Positions 21,555 to 30,987 of a DNA stretch of 64,000 nt are shown here, piece after piece. The DNA comes from an uncultured Actinomycetota bacterium (GTDB lineage: Bacteria > Actinomycetota > Acidimicrobiia > Spongiisociales > UBA4744). Numbering within the stretch: position 1 is the stretch's first letter; each line of letters begins with the position of its first letter. The stretch lies in the NCBI GenBank assembly GCA_963823915.1, contig CAWGNJ010000004.1, positions 84,436 to 148,435 on the forward strand. Reading direction: 5' to 3'. The notes below the pieces were generated by a model. That model searched no databases, had not been told where the DNA came from, and worked only from the letters and a program-made list of their open reading frames with translations. Both the position numbers and the translations under genes were made by a program.

Positions 21555-22130
21555 TTGCTGATAGTGGCGGTGATCCTGCACGAGGTGTCACATGGATTGG
21601 TGGCCCGCCGACTGGGCGACCGGACCGCCGAGGCCGCCGGGCGGTTGACCCTGAACCCCATCCGTCATATCGATCCTTTCGGGTCCGTGTTGTTGCCGGC
21701 GATGCTGGCTCTGAGTGGGGCGCCGGTGTTTGGGTGGGCCAAACCGGTCCCGGTCAACCCGCGAGCTTTTCAACGTCCGACGGAAGGCATGGCTCTGACG
21801 GCCCTGGCCGGGCCGATTACCAACCTGGCGGTGGCCTTGTTGGCCGGAAGGGTCCTGTTGCCGGCCACCTCCGGCTTCCTGGCTGAACTGGTCTGGGCAT
21901 TCGGCTACATCAACGTCGTGCTGGCAATCTTCAACCTCTTGCCGATACCGCCGCTCGACGGCAGCCGGATGGTCCCCTTGTTTTTGGGTGATCGTGGCCG
22001 GGCCGCCTACGCGCGGATTGAGCCGTACGGGTTCCTGATTCTGTTCGCGGCCTTGTTCATCATCCCGGGCGCGACCCGATGGTTGCGGGTGCCGATCACG
22101 ACGGTTTCTGAGTGGTTGGGATTGCTCTGA
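21555..22130 (+). CDS. Site-2 protease (M50) family membrane protein
   Basis: HEVSHGLVARRLGDRTAEAAGRLTLNPIRHIDPFGS and LLPIPPLDGSR motifs. TTG start is uncertain because the frame is open back to 21510 without an ATG or GTG. Confidence 0.7.
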   Translation: MLIVAVILHEVSHGLVARRLGDRTAEAAGRLTLNPIRHIDPFGSVLLPAMLALSGAPVFGWAKPVPVNPRAFQRPTEGMALTALAGPITNLAVALLAGRVLLPATSGFLAELVWAFGYINVVLAIFNLLPIPPLDGSRMVPLFLGDRGRAAYARIEPYGFLILFAALFIIPGATRWLRVPITTVSEWLGLL

Positions 22131-22612
22131 TGGAGTTGGGTAGCTGGGCTCATCTGGTGGGCAGGTTCTTCGCAGTCGTGACGGCGGAGCCGTTGACCGA
22201 AGACGAGCGACGGGAAGTTGAAGAGTGGTTCGACCTTCCCGGCGAGGCGACCGTCTACTGGGAACAGTCGGTCGCCGATCAGCGTCACGGACTCGAGACC
22301 GCCCGGATGATTGCCGCAGCCCGGCGGGCCCGGCGGGACCTGGTCCGGGCGGGGCTGCTGCATGACATCGGCAAACGGCATTCCAATTTGGGCGTGATCG
22401 GTAGGTCACTGGCAAGTCTTCTCGCCAAGCTCCGGTTGCCGGTGCGGGGATCCTGGCGGAGTTACCTCGAGCATGGGCCGCTGGGGGCCGACGAGTTGGC
22501 TCGCTTCGGTTCCGAACTGCTCGTCACCGAGTTCACCCGGCATCATCATCGGGGGAGACCGTCCACCATCACCGAGGACGACTGGAAGCTATTGAAGAGC
22601 GCAGATCGATAA
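22130..22612 (+). CDS. HD domain-containing protein
   Basis: ATG 22130 overlaps the upstream stop (ATGA). QRHGLE...LLHDIGK is an HD motif. Confidence 0.65.
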   Translation: MELGSWAHLVGRFFAVVTAEPLTEDERREVEEWFDLPGEATVYWEQSVADQRHGLETARMIAAARRARRDLVRAGLLHDIGKRHSNLGVIGRSLASLLAKLRLPVRGSWRSYLEHGPLGADELARFGSELLVTEFTRHHHRGRPSTITEDDWKLLKSADR

Positions 22613-22671
22613 TGCTGCGTTACCGCGGGGACAGCCAATACCATACGGCGACCGCCACCGGATGACTCCTT

Positions 22672-23442
22672 ATGAGCTACGAAGTCAAGACCGCCGTTTT
22701 TGAGGGTCCGCTCGACCTATTGCTCCAGCTGATCACCCGTCGGCAAGTGGAGATCACCAAGCTCAGCTTGATCGATTTGGTTGCCGAGTACCTATCGTTC
22801 CTGGACGAAATGCGAGACCTCGACATGGAGGTCACGAGCGAATTCCTGCTGATCGCTTCGACGCTGGTGCAGCTCAAGGCCCGTCATCTCCTTCCCGATG
22901 ACACGGCCGTCGATCTCGACGAAGAGCTGGAGTTGATGGAAGAGCGTGATCGGCTCCTTGCCCGCCTCCTGGCTTGCGTGACCTTCAAAGACGTAGCCGC
23001 CGTACTGACGCACCGCTGGCAGGATGCCAATCGTTACGTGCCTCGGACCTCCGGCATGGACCAACCGGTGCGACCGAAACCGCCGGAAGTGACCATACCC
23101 GTCGATCCTCTCGGCTTGGTTTCCATCGCGGCTCGGGTTCTGGCCGGCCCCGACCGCGAGCCCGATCTCGACCATCTCGACCTGGAACTGCCTTCAGTGG
23201 AAGCCGCCCTGCAAGACCTGCGGGTCAGAATCGAAGAACTGGCTGAGACCAGTTTTGAAGATATGGTCGCTCACACCGATCGCAGGGTCGAGGTGGTTGC
23301 CTACTTTCTGGCTCTGCTCGAGCTGGCCAGGTGGGGGCTGGTCGAAATCGCCCAGCGCGACTGGTTGGCCGACATCGAGATTCGGCGGTCGCACGGTGAG
23401 AACCCGGCCAATCTGACGAGTGAGTGGAGCCAAACATCGTGA
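22672..23442 (+). CDS. scpA: Segregation and condensation protein A
   Basis: FEGPLDLLLQLITRRQVEITKLSLIDLVAEYL is the ScpA N-terminal signature. Followed by scpB. Confidence 0.85.
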   Translation: MSYEVKTAVFEGPLDLLLQLITRRQVEITKLSLIDLVAEYLSFLDEMRDLDMEVTSEFLLIASTLVQLKARHLLPDDTAVDLDEELELMEERDRLLARLLACVTFKDVAAVLTHRWQDANRYVPRTSGMDQPVRPKPPEVTIPVDPLGLVSIAARVLAGPDREPDLDHLDLELPSVEAALQDLRVRIEELAETSFEDMVAHTDRRVEVVAYFLALLELARWGLVEIAQRDWLADIEIRRSHGENPANLTSEWSQTS

Positions 23443-23996
23443 ACAACCGAAGCATCTTGGAAGCCATTCTGTTTGTCGCCGAAGCGCCGGTTCCGGTGGA
23501 AGAGCTGGCTGAAGTGTTGGAGATCTCCGTTGAAGCAGCCGAAGCAGAGTTGGAGGCTCTAGCCGCCGACCTGACCGATCGTCACAGCGGCATAGTCTTG
23601 CGTCGGATCGGGGGAGGGTGGCGTTGCTACAGCCATCCTGAAGCCTTCCCGTATCTGGAACGGTTCGCCTCCACCGCCACCGCCAGCCGGTTGTCGAGCG
23701 CGGCGCTCGAAGTACTGGCCGTTGTGGCCTACCGCCAACCGGTGTCCCGCAACCAGATCGCGGAGATTCGCGGTGTCGACTCGGACTCCGCCATTCGCAC
23801 CCTGGAGAGGAGAGGACTCATCGAAGAACGGGGCCGACTTCCCCTGCCCGGGACCCCCACCATTTACGGCACCACCAGCCTCTTCCTCGAGAAACTCGGC
23901 TTGCAGTCCATGGCCGATCTGCCGCCGCTGGCCGACCACGTCCCACCGGCCACGGTGGTCGAGACACTCGAGGAGACCTTTCGGACAGACGCGTGA
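23439..23996 (+). CDS. scpB: Segregation and condensation protein B
   Basis: GTGA overlap with scpA. ILEAILFVAEAPV...LSSAALEVLAVVAYRQPVSRNQIAEIRGV. Confidence 0.85.
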   Translation: MNNRSILEAILFVAEAPVPVEELAEVLEISVEAAEAELEALAADLTDRHSGIVLRRIGGGWRCYSHPEAFPYLERFASTATASRLSSAALEVLAVVAYRQPVSRNQIAEIRGVDSDSAIRTLERRGLIEERGRLPLPGTPTIYGTTSLFLEKLGLQSMADLPPLADHVPPATVVETLEETFRTDA

Positions 23997-24718
23997 CCGA
24001 ACTGGCCCGGCTCCAGAAACTGATCGCCCACTCCGGGATCACCTCGAGGCGGGGAGCCGAGGAGTTGATCAAAGCCGGGCGGGTGACCGTCGACGGTGCC
24101 CCCGCTCATCTGGGACAGAAGGTGGTTCCGGAAACAGCGATGATTGAAATTGACGGTGTACGACTGCCTATTCGACCCGGTTTGGTCTACTACCTCGTCA
24201 ACAAGCCGGCCGGCGTGGTGAGTACGGCCGCGGATCCCCAGGGGCGCCCGACGGTTACCGGATTGGTTCCCGGCGAGCCGCGCGTCTACCCGGTCGGTCG
24301 CCTGGACGCCGATTCTGAAGGTTTGATACTGCTCACCAACGATGGAGATCTCACGAATCTCCTCACTCACCCGCGCTACGGCGTTGCCAAGACGTACTCG
24401 GTCCTGGTGAAAGGGGTGCCGTCCCCCGACGAGGTGCACCGCCTGGAGCTAGGGATCGAGCTCGACGATGGTCCGGCCGCCGCGCAATCGGCCCGGCTGG
24501 TCGATACGTCTCGCAGCCAGGCGAGGTTGGAGGTGATCATGGGAGAGGGACGCAAACGGGAAGTGCGGCGCATGTGCGATGCCATCGGGTACCCGGTCGT
24601 CCATTTGTTCCGGACGGCGATCGGTTCGCTCACAGACCCCGGCCTCAAAAGCGGATCGTCGCGCCTGCTCACGATCACCGAAGTCCGGTCCCTGTACTCG
24701 ACGGCCGCGGACTCATGA
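23993..24718 (+). CDS. rluB: rRNA pseudouridine synthase (RluB/RsuA family, S4 domain)
   Basis: LQKLIAHSGITSRRGAEELIKAGRVTVDG plus the catalytic GRLDADSEGLILLTNDG. Confidence 0.85.
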   Translation: MTELARLQKLIAHSGITSRRGAEELIKAGRVTVDGAPAHLGQKVVPETAMIEIDGVRLPIRPGLVYYLVNKPAGVVSTAADPQGRPTVTGLVPGEPRVYPVGRLDADSEGLILLTNDGDLTNLLTHPRYGVAKTYSVLVKGVPSPDEVHRLELGIELDDGPAAAQSARLVDTSRSQARLEVIMGEGRKREVRRMCDAIGYPVVHLFRTAIGSLTDPGLKSGSSRLLTITEVRSLYSTAADS

Positions 24719-24740
24719 ACGCCTGCCAGACTGCCTTGTG

Positions 24741-26726
24741 ATGGATGCAGCAAACAGATTCCCCCCGAAACTCCCGATCCGTCCGCGGGGACCGACCGAG
24801 GGGACTGTGCGCCTTCCCGGATCGAAAAGCTTCACCAATCGGGCTCTGATCTGCGCAACCTTGGCCGACGGCCCCAGCGCCCTGGTCGGCGCCCTCGACG
24901 CCGGCGACACCCGGGCGATGATGGGTTGCCTGTCTCAATTGGGCGGTTCGTTCGAGGTGGCCGGCGACCGGATCATCGTGCACGGGACGGGCGGCCGGTT
25001 GCAGGCCCCCGACGCGACGTTGGACGCCGGCGCGTCGGGCACTACGGCCAGGTTTCTCACCGCCGTCGCTGCTTTGGCAGACGGGTCCTCGGTCATCGAC
25101 GGTACCGCCAGAATGAGGCAGCGTCCGATCGGGGAACTAGTGGCAGCCCTGAGCGAGCTCGGGGCCCGGATCGAAACCCGAGGACCCGATGGGTGTCCGC
25201 CGGTTTGGGTCGGTGGGGGTGGACTACCCGGCGGTCACGCGACGATCGATGCCGGCCGGTCCAGCCAGTTTGTCTCGGCGATTGCCTTGGCCGCCCCCTA
25301 CGCCTCGGCCGATACCTCGCTGGAGTTCCTCGACGGTGTACTGGTATCGCGGCCCTATGTGGCTAGCACCATCGAGGTGATGCACTCATTCGGGATCAAC
25401 GCCGAGCTGACCGACCGGGGGCTGTGGATCGAGCGCGGCAACTACCAGTCTCTTGTCTATTCGATAGAACCGGACGCGTCGGCTGCCGCCTACCCGTTGG
25501 TGGCCGCGGCGATCACCAAGGGTTCGGTGCGACTGGCAGGGATTACCCCCGATTCCACCCAAGCGGATCTGGCCATTGTCGATGTGCTGTCCGCGATGGG
25601 GTGCCAGACGGAGTGGAGTGGGTCACATCTGTCGCTGACCGGGCCCGCCCGCGGTCTGCGCGGGGTCGATCTCGATATGGGAGAAATGCCCGACGCAGTC
25701 CCGGCGGTGGCGGTGGCGGCTTTGTTCGCCACGGGAGCCACCCGGCTCACCAACATCGCCAACCTCCGCCTGAAGGAATCGGACCGTTTGGCTGCGCTCG
25801 AGACCGAACTGCGCAAGCTGGGCGCGGAGGCCGAAGCCGGTCCGGACTGGCTGGTCGTGCGGCCCGGTCCCCAAAGAAGCGCCCGGATCGACACCTACGA
25901 CGACCACCGAATGGCCATGGCCCTCTCGCTGGCCGGGCTGATGATTCCCGGTGTGATAGTGAATGACCCCGGTTGTGTGGTCAAGACCTGGCCGACGTTC
26001 TTCGATGATCTCGAGCAGCTGTGGCCGACTGCCGGTACTGTGGTCAACCGCAGACTCGAGGACCGAATGGCACGGACAGTTGTGGCGATCGACGGACCCG
26101 GAGGAGCAGGCAAGACCACCGTTAGTCGGGGAGTGGCTGATCGGCTCCGCCTACCTCATCTGGATACCGGAGCCTCATACCGGGCCGCCGCTCTCGCCGC
26201 GTTGCGAGGTGGTGTCGACTGGGACGACGGCGATGCCGTTACCGAAGCCGTGCGCGCCGCCAACTTCGGGTATCGCGACGGGTCCATGCTGTTGGACGGC
26301 CAAGATATCAATGAGGCCATTCGTGGTCCGGAGGTGACTTCGCTCGCCAGTCAAGTCTCGGCTATTCCTGGAGTGCGACGAGTGCTGGTTGCCTGGCAAC
26401 GTGAGTGGGTGGAGACGGAGGGCGGTTCGGCAGTTGTCGAGGGTCGCGATATCGGGACAGTGGTGTTCCCGAACGCGGCCCTGAAGGTTTTTCTCACCGC
26501 CCGCCCTGAGGTACGGGCTGCGCGTCGGGCGTCCGAGCTGCCGGCCGGAGCGGATCTGGTGGCCGAGATCAGCCGCGAGCTGGAACGGCGCGACCGGCGC
26601 GATTCCACCCGTGCGGATTCACCCTTGCAAGCGGCGGCCGGCGCCGTTGAGGTCGATACCTCTGATCTCACGATTGAGGAAGTCATTGCCCAGATCGTGG
26701 GATTGGTCAAAGCCCTGGCTGACTAA
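24741..26726 (+). CDS. aroA-cmk: Fused 3-phosphoshikimate 1-carboxyvinyltransferase (AroA) / cytidylate kinase (Cmk) in a single ORF
   Basis: AroA part: LPGSKSFTNRALI...LKESDRL...DDHRMAMA...VKTWPTFFDDL, about 24741-26040. A short linker follows, then Cmk: MARTVVAIDGPGGAGKTTVSR...LDTGASYR...GRDIGTVVFP, from the internal ATG 26067. No stop separates them. The track start at 24579 lies inside rluB and was rejected. Confidence 0.8.
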   Translation: MDAANRFPPKLPIRPRGPTEGTVRLPGSKSFTNRALICATLADGPSALVGALDAGDTRAMMGCLSQLGGSFEVAGDRIIVHGTGGRLQAPDATLDAGASGTTARFLTAVAALADGSSVIDGTARMRQRPIGELVAALSELGARIETRGPDGCPPVWVGGGGLPGGHATIDAGRSSQFVSAIALAAPYASADTSLEFLDGVLVSRPYVASTIEVMHSFGINAELTDRGLWIERGNYQSLVYSIEPDASAAAYPLVAAAITKGSVRLAGITPDSTQADLAIVDVLSAMGCQTEWSGSHLSLTGPARGLRGVDLDMGEMPDAVPAVAVAALFATGATRLTNIANLRLKESDRLAALETELRKLGAEAEAGPDWLVVRPGPQRSARIDTYDDHRMAMALSLAGLMIPGVIVNDPGCVVKTWPTFFDDLEQLWPTAGTVVNRRLEDRMARTVVAIDGPGGAGKTTVSRGVADRLRLPHLDTGASYRAAALAALRGGVDWDDGDAVTEAVRAANFGYRDGSMLLDGQDINEAIRGPEVTSLASQVSAIPGVRRVLVAWQREWVETEGGSAVVEGRDIGTVVFPNAALKVFLTARPEVRAARRASELPAGADLVAEISRELERRDRRDSTRADSPLQAAAGAVEVDTSDLTIEEVIAQIVGLVKALAD

Positions 26727-27769
26727 GGGCGGACCAACTGCAACGCCTCGGTGGCGGTCCAATCGCGGTCGTTCTCCAACAATCCAGGACGTCCCGGTTT
26801 CCGAGCTGTGAACGCCCCCTCGACCGCGGCCTGGAGGGCACCGAGAAAGCCCCGCAATTGGCGGGGGAGGGGGAAGTATTCCTCCTCATCGGTCACGCTG
26901 AACAGCTCGAATCCTGCCGAGGGTTCGATCCGGTCGATGACTTCCTGGACCAGATGATCGGGGGCCGAAGCGCCGGCGGTGAGCCCGACTATGCGGGCGC
27001 CCGTGAGCCACTCATCGCGAATCGCGCCGGCGTTGTCGATCCGATAAGCCGGGGTTTTCGCTTCCTCGGCCACTCGAACCAGGGCCTGAGTATTGGACGA
27101 GTTCTCGGACCCGACCACCAGGATCAGATCTGCCCGCTCGGAAAGCTGTTGCACGGCCTCTTGGCGGTTCGTCGTTGCGTAGCACAGGTCGCTTTTGCGG
27201 GCAGTCCACAAGTCGGGATAACGTTCTCCGGCTTCGTTGAGCACCGCTCGCCACTCGTGCAAACCCAGCGTTGTCTGTGCAAGCAGCGCCACCTTGGCCG
27301 GGTCGTCTGGATTGAATTCCGCCAAACCCGTCTCCGGTTGCACGAGAGCTATTGACTCGGGAGCCTCGGCGACAGTGCCGATAGCTTCGTCGTGACCCTG
27401 ATGCCCGACGTAGATGATGTCGAAACCCTGGTTCGCCATGCGCTTCACCTCGTGATGCACCTTGGTCACGAGCGGACACACCGCGTCGATGACCACTCCA
27501 GCCCGATGGGCGGCCCCTTCCACGACTGCGGGCGAGGAGCCGTGTGCAGAAAGCATCACCGGCGCTCCCAAGGGTACGTCATCGATGTCATCGACGAACA
27601 CGACCCCCACCTGCTCGAACGCCTGTACCACCCATTGGTTGTGAACGATCTGGTGGTAGCAATACACCGGGGGATCGAAGACGCGCACCATCCAGGTGAG
27701 CGCCTTGATGGCCATCTCGACACCGGCGCAAAACCCCCGCGGCTCGGCCAGCAGAACTTTCTCGGGCAT
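26723..27769 (-). CDS. ispH: 4-hydroxy-3-methylbut-2-enyl diphosphate reductase
   Basis: VLLAEPRGFCAGVEMAIKAL..., conserved Cys and His positions, 348 aa. Convergent with cmk, overlapping by 4 nt. Confidence 0.9.
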   Translation of the reverse strand: MPEKVLLAEPRGFCAGVEMAIKALTWMVRVFDPPVYCYHQIVHNQWVVQAFEQVGVVFVDDIDDVPLGAPVMLSAHGSSPAVVEGAAHRAGVVIDAVCPLVTKVHHEVKRMANQGFDIIYVGHQGHDEAIGTVAEAPESIALVQPETGLAEFNPDDPAKVALLAQTTLGLHEWRAVLNEAGERYPDLWTARKSDLCYATTNRQEAVQQLSERADLILVVGSENSSNTQALVRVAEEAKTPAYRIDNAGAIRDEWLTGARIVGLTAGASAPDHLVQEVIDRIEPSAGFELFSVTDEEEYFPLPRQLRGFLGALQAAVEGAFTARKPGRPGLLENDRDWTATEALQLVRP

Positions 27770-27865
27770 ACGGACATGGTAGGAGGATTTGGTACTTCTC
27801 CTTCGACTTAGGAAGCGCAGAACTTAGGCTGGGGGCGTGCAGATCCCGATCGTTCCCATCGACTC

Positions 27866-29188
27866 ATGAGCCGCCTCCCCGTGGTCGCCGTGCTGGGCCG
27901 TCCCAACGTGGGCAAGTCAACGCTTGTCAATCGCGTACTGGGTCGTCGAGCCGCGGTCGTTCAAGAGCGTCCGGGGGTCACCCGGGACCGCCGCGAATTT
28001 CGGGCCGACTGGGCGGGTCGTGACTTCATCCTGATCGACACCGGAGGATGGGAACTGGCTCCCGGTGAGGAGTTGACCGCGGGCATCTCGGCCCAAGCCG
28101 AAGCTGCTCTGGCCGGTGCCGACGTCGTTCTGTTTGTTGTGGATGCCACGGTCGGATTGTCCGAAGAAGACGGAGCGGTGGCGACCATGCTGCGTGACAC
28201 GGCCGCGGCCGTCATCCTGGTCGCCAACAAGGTCGACGACGCCGCGACCGAGATGGACATCACCCAGCTCTGGAAGACCGGCCTCGGTGACCCGGTTCCG
28301 GTCAGCGCAGTGCACGGGCGGGGAGTGGGCGATTTGCTCGATCGTCTGGTGGACGTCCTGCCCGAAGCGGAAGAGACCTACGAAGACGAGCTTCGCAACC
28401 TGGCCATCATCGGCCGTCCCAACGTCGGGAAGTCGACGTTGCTCAACAGATTGATCGGCGAGGATCGAGTTCTGGTGTCACCAACGCCGGGGACCACCAG
28501 GGATCCCATCGATGTGGAAGTCGCCGTCGGCGAAGAAACGTTCCGCGTAGTCGACACTGCGGGCATACGGCGAGCTCCCAGGATCAAGGACAGTGCCGAC
28601 TTCTACTCGGTGATCCGCGCCCGGCAGGCACTCGACGAGGCGGACGTCGCCTTGCTGTTGGTTGACGCGACCGACGGAGTCACTCAGCAGGATCAGCGGA
28701 TTGCTGAGGAGGCGGCCACCGCCGGGGCAGGATTGATCATCCTGCTCAACAAGTGGGACCTGCCGGACCTCGAACAACGCGAGTCGACGACGTTCGGTGT
28801 CGGTGATCGGTTGGGTTTTGTCGGTTGGGCGCCGGTGCTTCGCATCTCGGCGTTGACCGGAGCCAGGCTGCAGCGACTTCCTGCTGCTCTGCAAGTTGTC
28901 CTCGAGAACCGTGCTCGTCGGGTTCCGACCGGCCAACTCAATCGGCTGATTCGCTCCTGGCAGGCGTCGCATCCGCCCCCGGTTCGCAAAGGTCGCCGAC
29001 CGAAGATCCTCTACGCCGTTCAGGCCGGGATCAACCCGCCGACCATCATTGTCTTCGTGTCCGGTGGAGAGCTGGGAGATGACTATCTGCGTTATCTGGA
29101 GAACCGACTGAGGGCGGAAATGGCATTCGAAGGGACGCCGATCCATTTGATGACCCGCGCCAAGGAGAGAAGGGCCAGACATGGCTGA
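27866..29188 (+). CDS. der: Ribosome biogenesis GTPase Der (EngA)
   Basis: Two tandem GTPase domains (GRPNVGKST twice, DTGG/DTAG, NKVD/NKWD) plus a KH-like C-terminus. Conserved cmk-der order. Confidence 0.9.
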   Translation: MSRLPVVAVLGRPNVGKSTLVNRVLGRRAAVVQERPGVTRDRREFRADWAGRDFILIDTGGWELAPGEELTAGISAQAEAALAGADVVLFVVDATVGLSEEDGAVATMLRDTAAAVILVANKVDDAATEMDITQLWKTGLGDPVPVSAVHGRGVGDLLDRLVDVLPEAEETYEDELRNLAIIGRPNVGKSTLLNRLIGEDRVLVSPTPGTTRDPIDVEVAVGEETFRVVDTAGIRRAPRIKDSADFYSVIRARQALDEADVALLLVDATDGVTQQDQRIAEEAATAGAGLIILLNKWDLPDLEQRESTTFGVGDRLGFVGWAPVLRISALTGARLQRLPAALQVVLENRARRVPTGQLNRLIRSWQASHPPPVRKGRRPKILYAVQAGINPPTIIVFVSGGELGDDYLRYLENRLRAEMAFEGTPIHLMTRAKERRARHG

Positions 29189-30713
29189 GGAGCGTCGGGC
29201 CCGGATTCGATCGGCAGATGAACGGTCTCGACTAGGAGGCCCGGCCAAGTACCGGGAGCGACTGGCCGACAGCGGAAAACTGTTTGTTCGGGATCGGATT
29301 GAATTGCTGTGCGATGAGGGCTCTTTTGTGGAGGACGGGCTGCTCGCGAATGCCAACGCGGATGGTCTGGCGGCCGATGGGGTAGTTACCGGCCGGGGTT
29401 TGGTCGACCGGCGGCCGGTGTGGGTGATCGCCAACGACCCGACGGTCAAAGCCGGTAGCTGGGGTGCCCGGACCGTCGAGAAGATCATCCGGGCGCTCGA
29501 GTCTGCCTATGACGAGATGCTGCCGGTCTTTTATCTGGTCGACTCGGCCGGCGCCCGGATCACCGATCAGGTTGAGTTGTTCCCCGGCCGTCGCGGAGCG
29601 GGGCGCATCTTCTACAACCAGGTGCGTCTCTCCGGCCGGGTTCCTCAGGTCTGCTGTCTGTTTGGTCCTTCCGCGGCGGGCGGCGCCTACATCCCGGCGT
29701 TTTGCGACGTCGTGGTCATGGTCGAGGGGCGGGCCTCTATGTACCTCGGATCCCCCCGGATGGCGGAGATGGTGGTAGGGGAGATAACCACTCTCGAGGA
29801 AATGGGTGGAGCGCGGATGCACTGCACGGTCAGCGGGTGCGGCGACGCCCTGGTGGGAAGTGACGAAGATGCCATTTCGTGGGCTCGGGCCTACTTCTCA
29901 TACGTCGCCGATCACACGAAGGTCTTCCCCCATCACTTCGAATCGGTTGGTCCGGACATGAGCGATGACATCGCCGGAATCATTCCGGATGACCCCCGCC
30001 ACCTTTACGACATGAAGAGGTTCATCCGGGCATTGGTCGACGGGGGAAGCGTTTTTGAGATCAAGGAACTGTGGGCCCCGGAACTGATAACTACCTTCGC
30101 TCGAATTGAGGGTCGGCCGGTCGGCATCGTCGCCTCCAATCCCCAGCACTTGGGCGGTGTGCTGTTTGTCGACTCCGCCGACAAGGCGGCCCGGTTCATC
30201 TGGTTGTGTGACGCTTTCAACGTGCCCCTGATTTTCCTGGCCGACGTGCCGGGTTTCATGATTGGTTCCCAGGTCGAACGGCAGGGAATCATCAGGGCAG
30301 GAGCCAAGATGCTGACCGCGGTGGCCGAAGCGACCGTGGCCCGGATCAGCGTGATCGTCCGCAAGGCGTACGGAGCGGGGTTGTACGCATTCGCCGGGCC
30401 CGGATTGCGTCCTGATGCCACACTGGCACTTCCCACTGCCGAGATCGCCGTGATGGGCCCCGAGGCGGCGGTCAATGCCGTGTACTACAACACGATCCAG
30501 GAGATGGCAGCCGACGAACGGGAGGCGTTCGTAGCCGCCAAACGTGAGGAGTACAGCGAAGACGTCGACCTTCTGCGGCTGGCCTCGGACGTCGTCGTCG
30601 ATGCGGTTGTTCAACCCCAGGACCTTCGACAAGAGCTCGCAACTCGTCTCAATTACCTTGCCGACAAACGGAGGCATTTTTCTGACCGTCGCCACGGAGT
30701 TCCACCGGTGTGA
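29181..30713 (+). CDS. Acyl-CoA carboxylase carboxyltransferase (beta) subunit
   Basis: 510 aa; ANDPTVKAGSWG, LVDSAGARI and GPSAAGGAYIPAFCD are typical of the AccD/PccB/MccB family. Substrate cannot be assigned. Confidence 0.85.
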   Translation: MAEERRARIRSADERSRLGGPAKYRERLADSGKLFVRDRIELLCDEGSFVEDGLLANANADGLAADGVVTGRGLVDRRPVWVIANDPTVKAGSWGARTVEKIIRALESAYDEMLPVFYLVDSAGARITDQVELFPGRRGAGRIFYNQVRLSGRVPQVCCLFGPSAAGGAYIPAFCDVVVMVEGRASMYLGSPRMAEMVVGEITTLEEMGGARMHCTVSGCGDALVGSDEDAISWARAYFSYVADHTKVFPHHFESVGPDMSDDIAGIIPDDPRHLYDMKRFIRALVDGGSVFEIKELWAPELITTFARIEGRPVGIVASNPQHLGGVLFVDSADKAARFIWLCDAFNVPLIFLADVPGFMIGSQVERQGIIRAGAKMLTAVAEATVARISVIVRKAYGAGLYAFAGPGLRPDATLALPTAEIAVMGPEAAVNAVYYNTIQEMAADEREAFVAAKREEYSEDVDLLRLASDVVVDAVVQPQDLRQELATRLNYLADKRRHFSDRRHGVPPV

Positions 30714-30856
30714 ACGAGCCACTACCGGAGAAGCGGCCACTGTTCTTCTGGTTCATGGTCATCGCCGTGGGCATCTACCTGGCCATCCGATTGGTCGAGG
30801 GTGGTTTGTGTGTCACCGCCTGGTTCGGTTGGGGGACTTGCCCCTGGAGCGGGTGA
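30710..30856 (+). CDS. Small hydrophobic hypothetical protein (48 aa)
   Basis: A GTG overlaps the carboxyltransferase stop. VNEPLPEKRPLFFWFMVIAVGIYLAIRLVEGGLCVTAWFGWGTCPWSG has one clear TM segment. The position recalls small accessory subunits, but no homology was recognised. Confidence 0.3.
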   Translation: MNEPLPEKRPLFFWFMVIAVGIYLAIRLVEGGLCVTAWFGWGTCPWSG

Positions 30857-30904
30857 GCTCCGGGAGGAGGCGGTAGGCGGCGGCTCGGTTATCATCCTCA
30901 CTCA

Positions 30905-30982
30905 CGGGCTGTGGCGCAGCTTGGTTAGCGCGCTTGACTGGGGGTCAAGAGGTCGGGAGTTCAAATCTCCCCAGCCCGACCA
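30905..30982 (+). tRNA. tRNA-Pro (anticodon GGG), CCA encoded
   Basis: Manual cloverleaf: acceptor CGGGCTG/CAGCCCG, D stem GCGC/GCGC, anticodon stem CTTGA/TCAAG with loop CTGGGGG, T arm GGGAG-TTCAAAT-CTCCC, discriminator A, then CCA. Confidence 0.9.
30938..30982 (+). repeat. attL: 45-bp core inside tRNA-Pro (anticodon loop to CCA)
   Basis: CTGGGGGTCAAGAGGTCGGGAGTTCAAATCTCCCCAGCCCGACCA, identical to 34829-34873. Flanking bases differ on both sides. Confidence 0.85.
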
Positions 30983-30987
30983 CCAGA

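Noticed and set aside
24579-24740. Upstream extension of the aroA-cmk ORF
   Set aside because: It overlaps the rluB 3' end in another frame and gives an R/S-rich peptide. AroA similarity begins after ATG 24741.
28798-28819. TGTCGGTG-N8 motif resembling the PafBC-dependent (RecA-NDp) promoter
   Set aside because: It lies inside the der coding sequence, and the downstream hexamer GGTTTT does not fit TANNNT.
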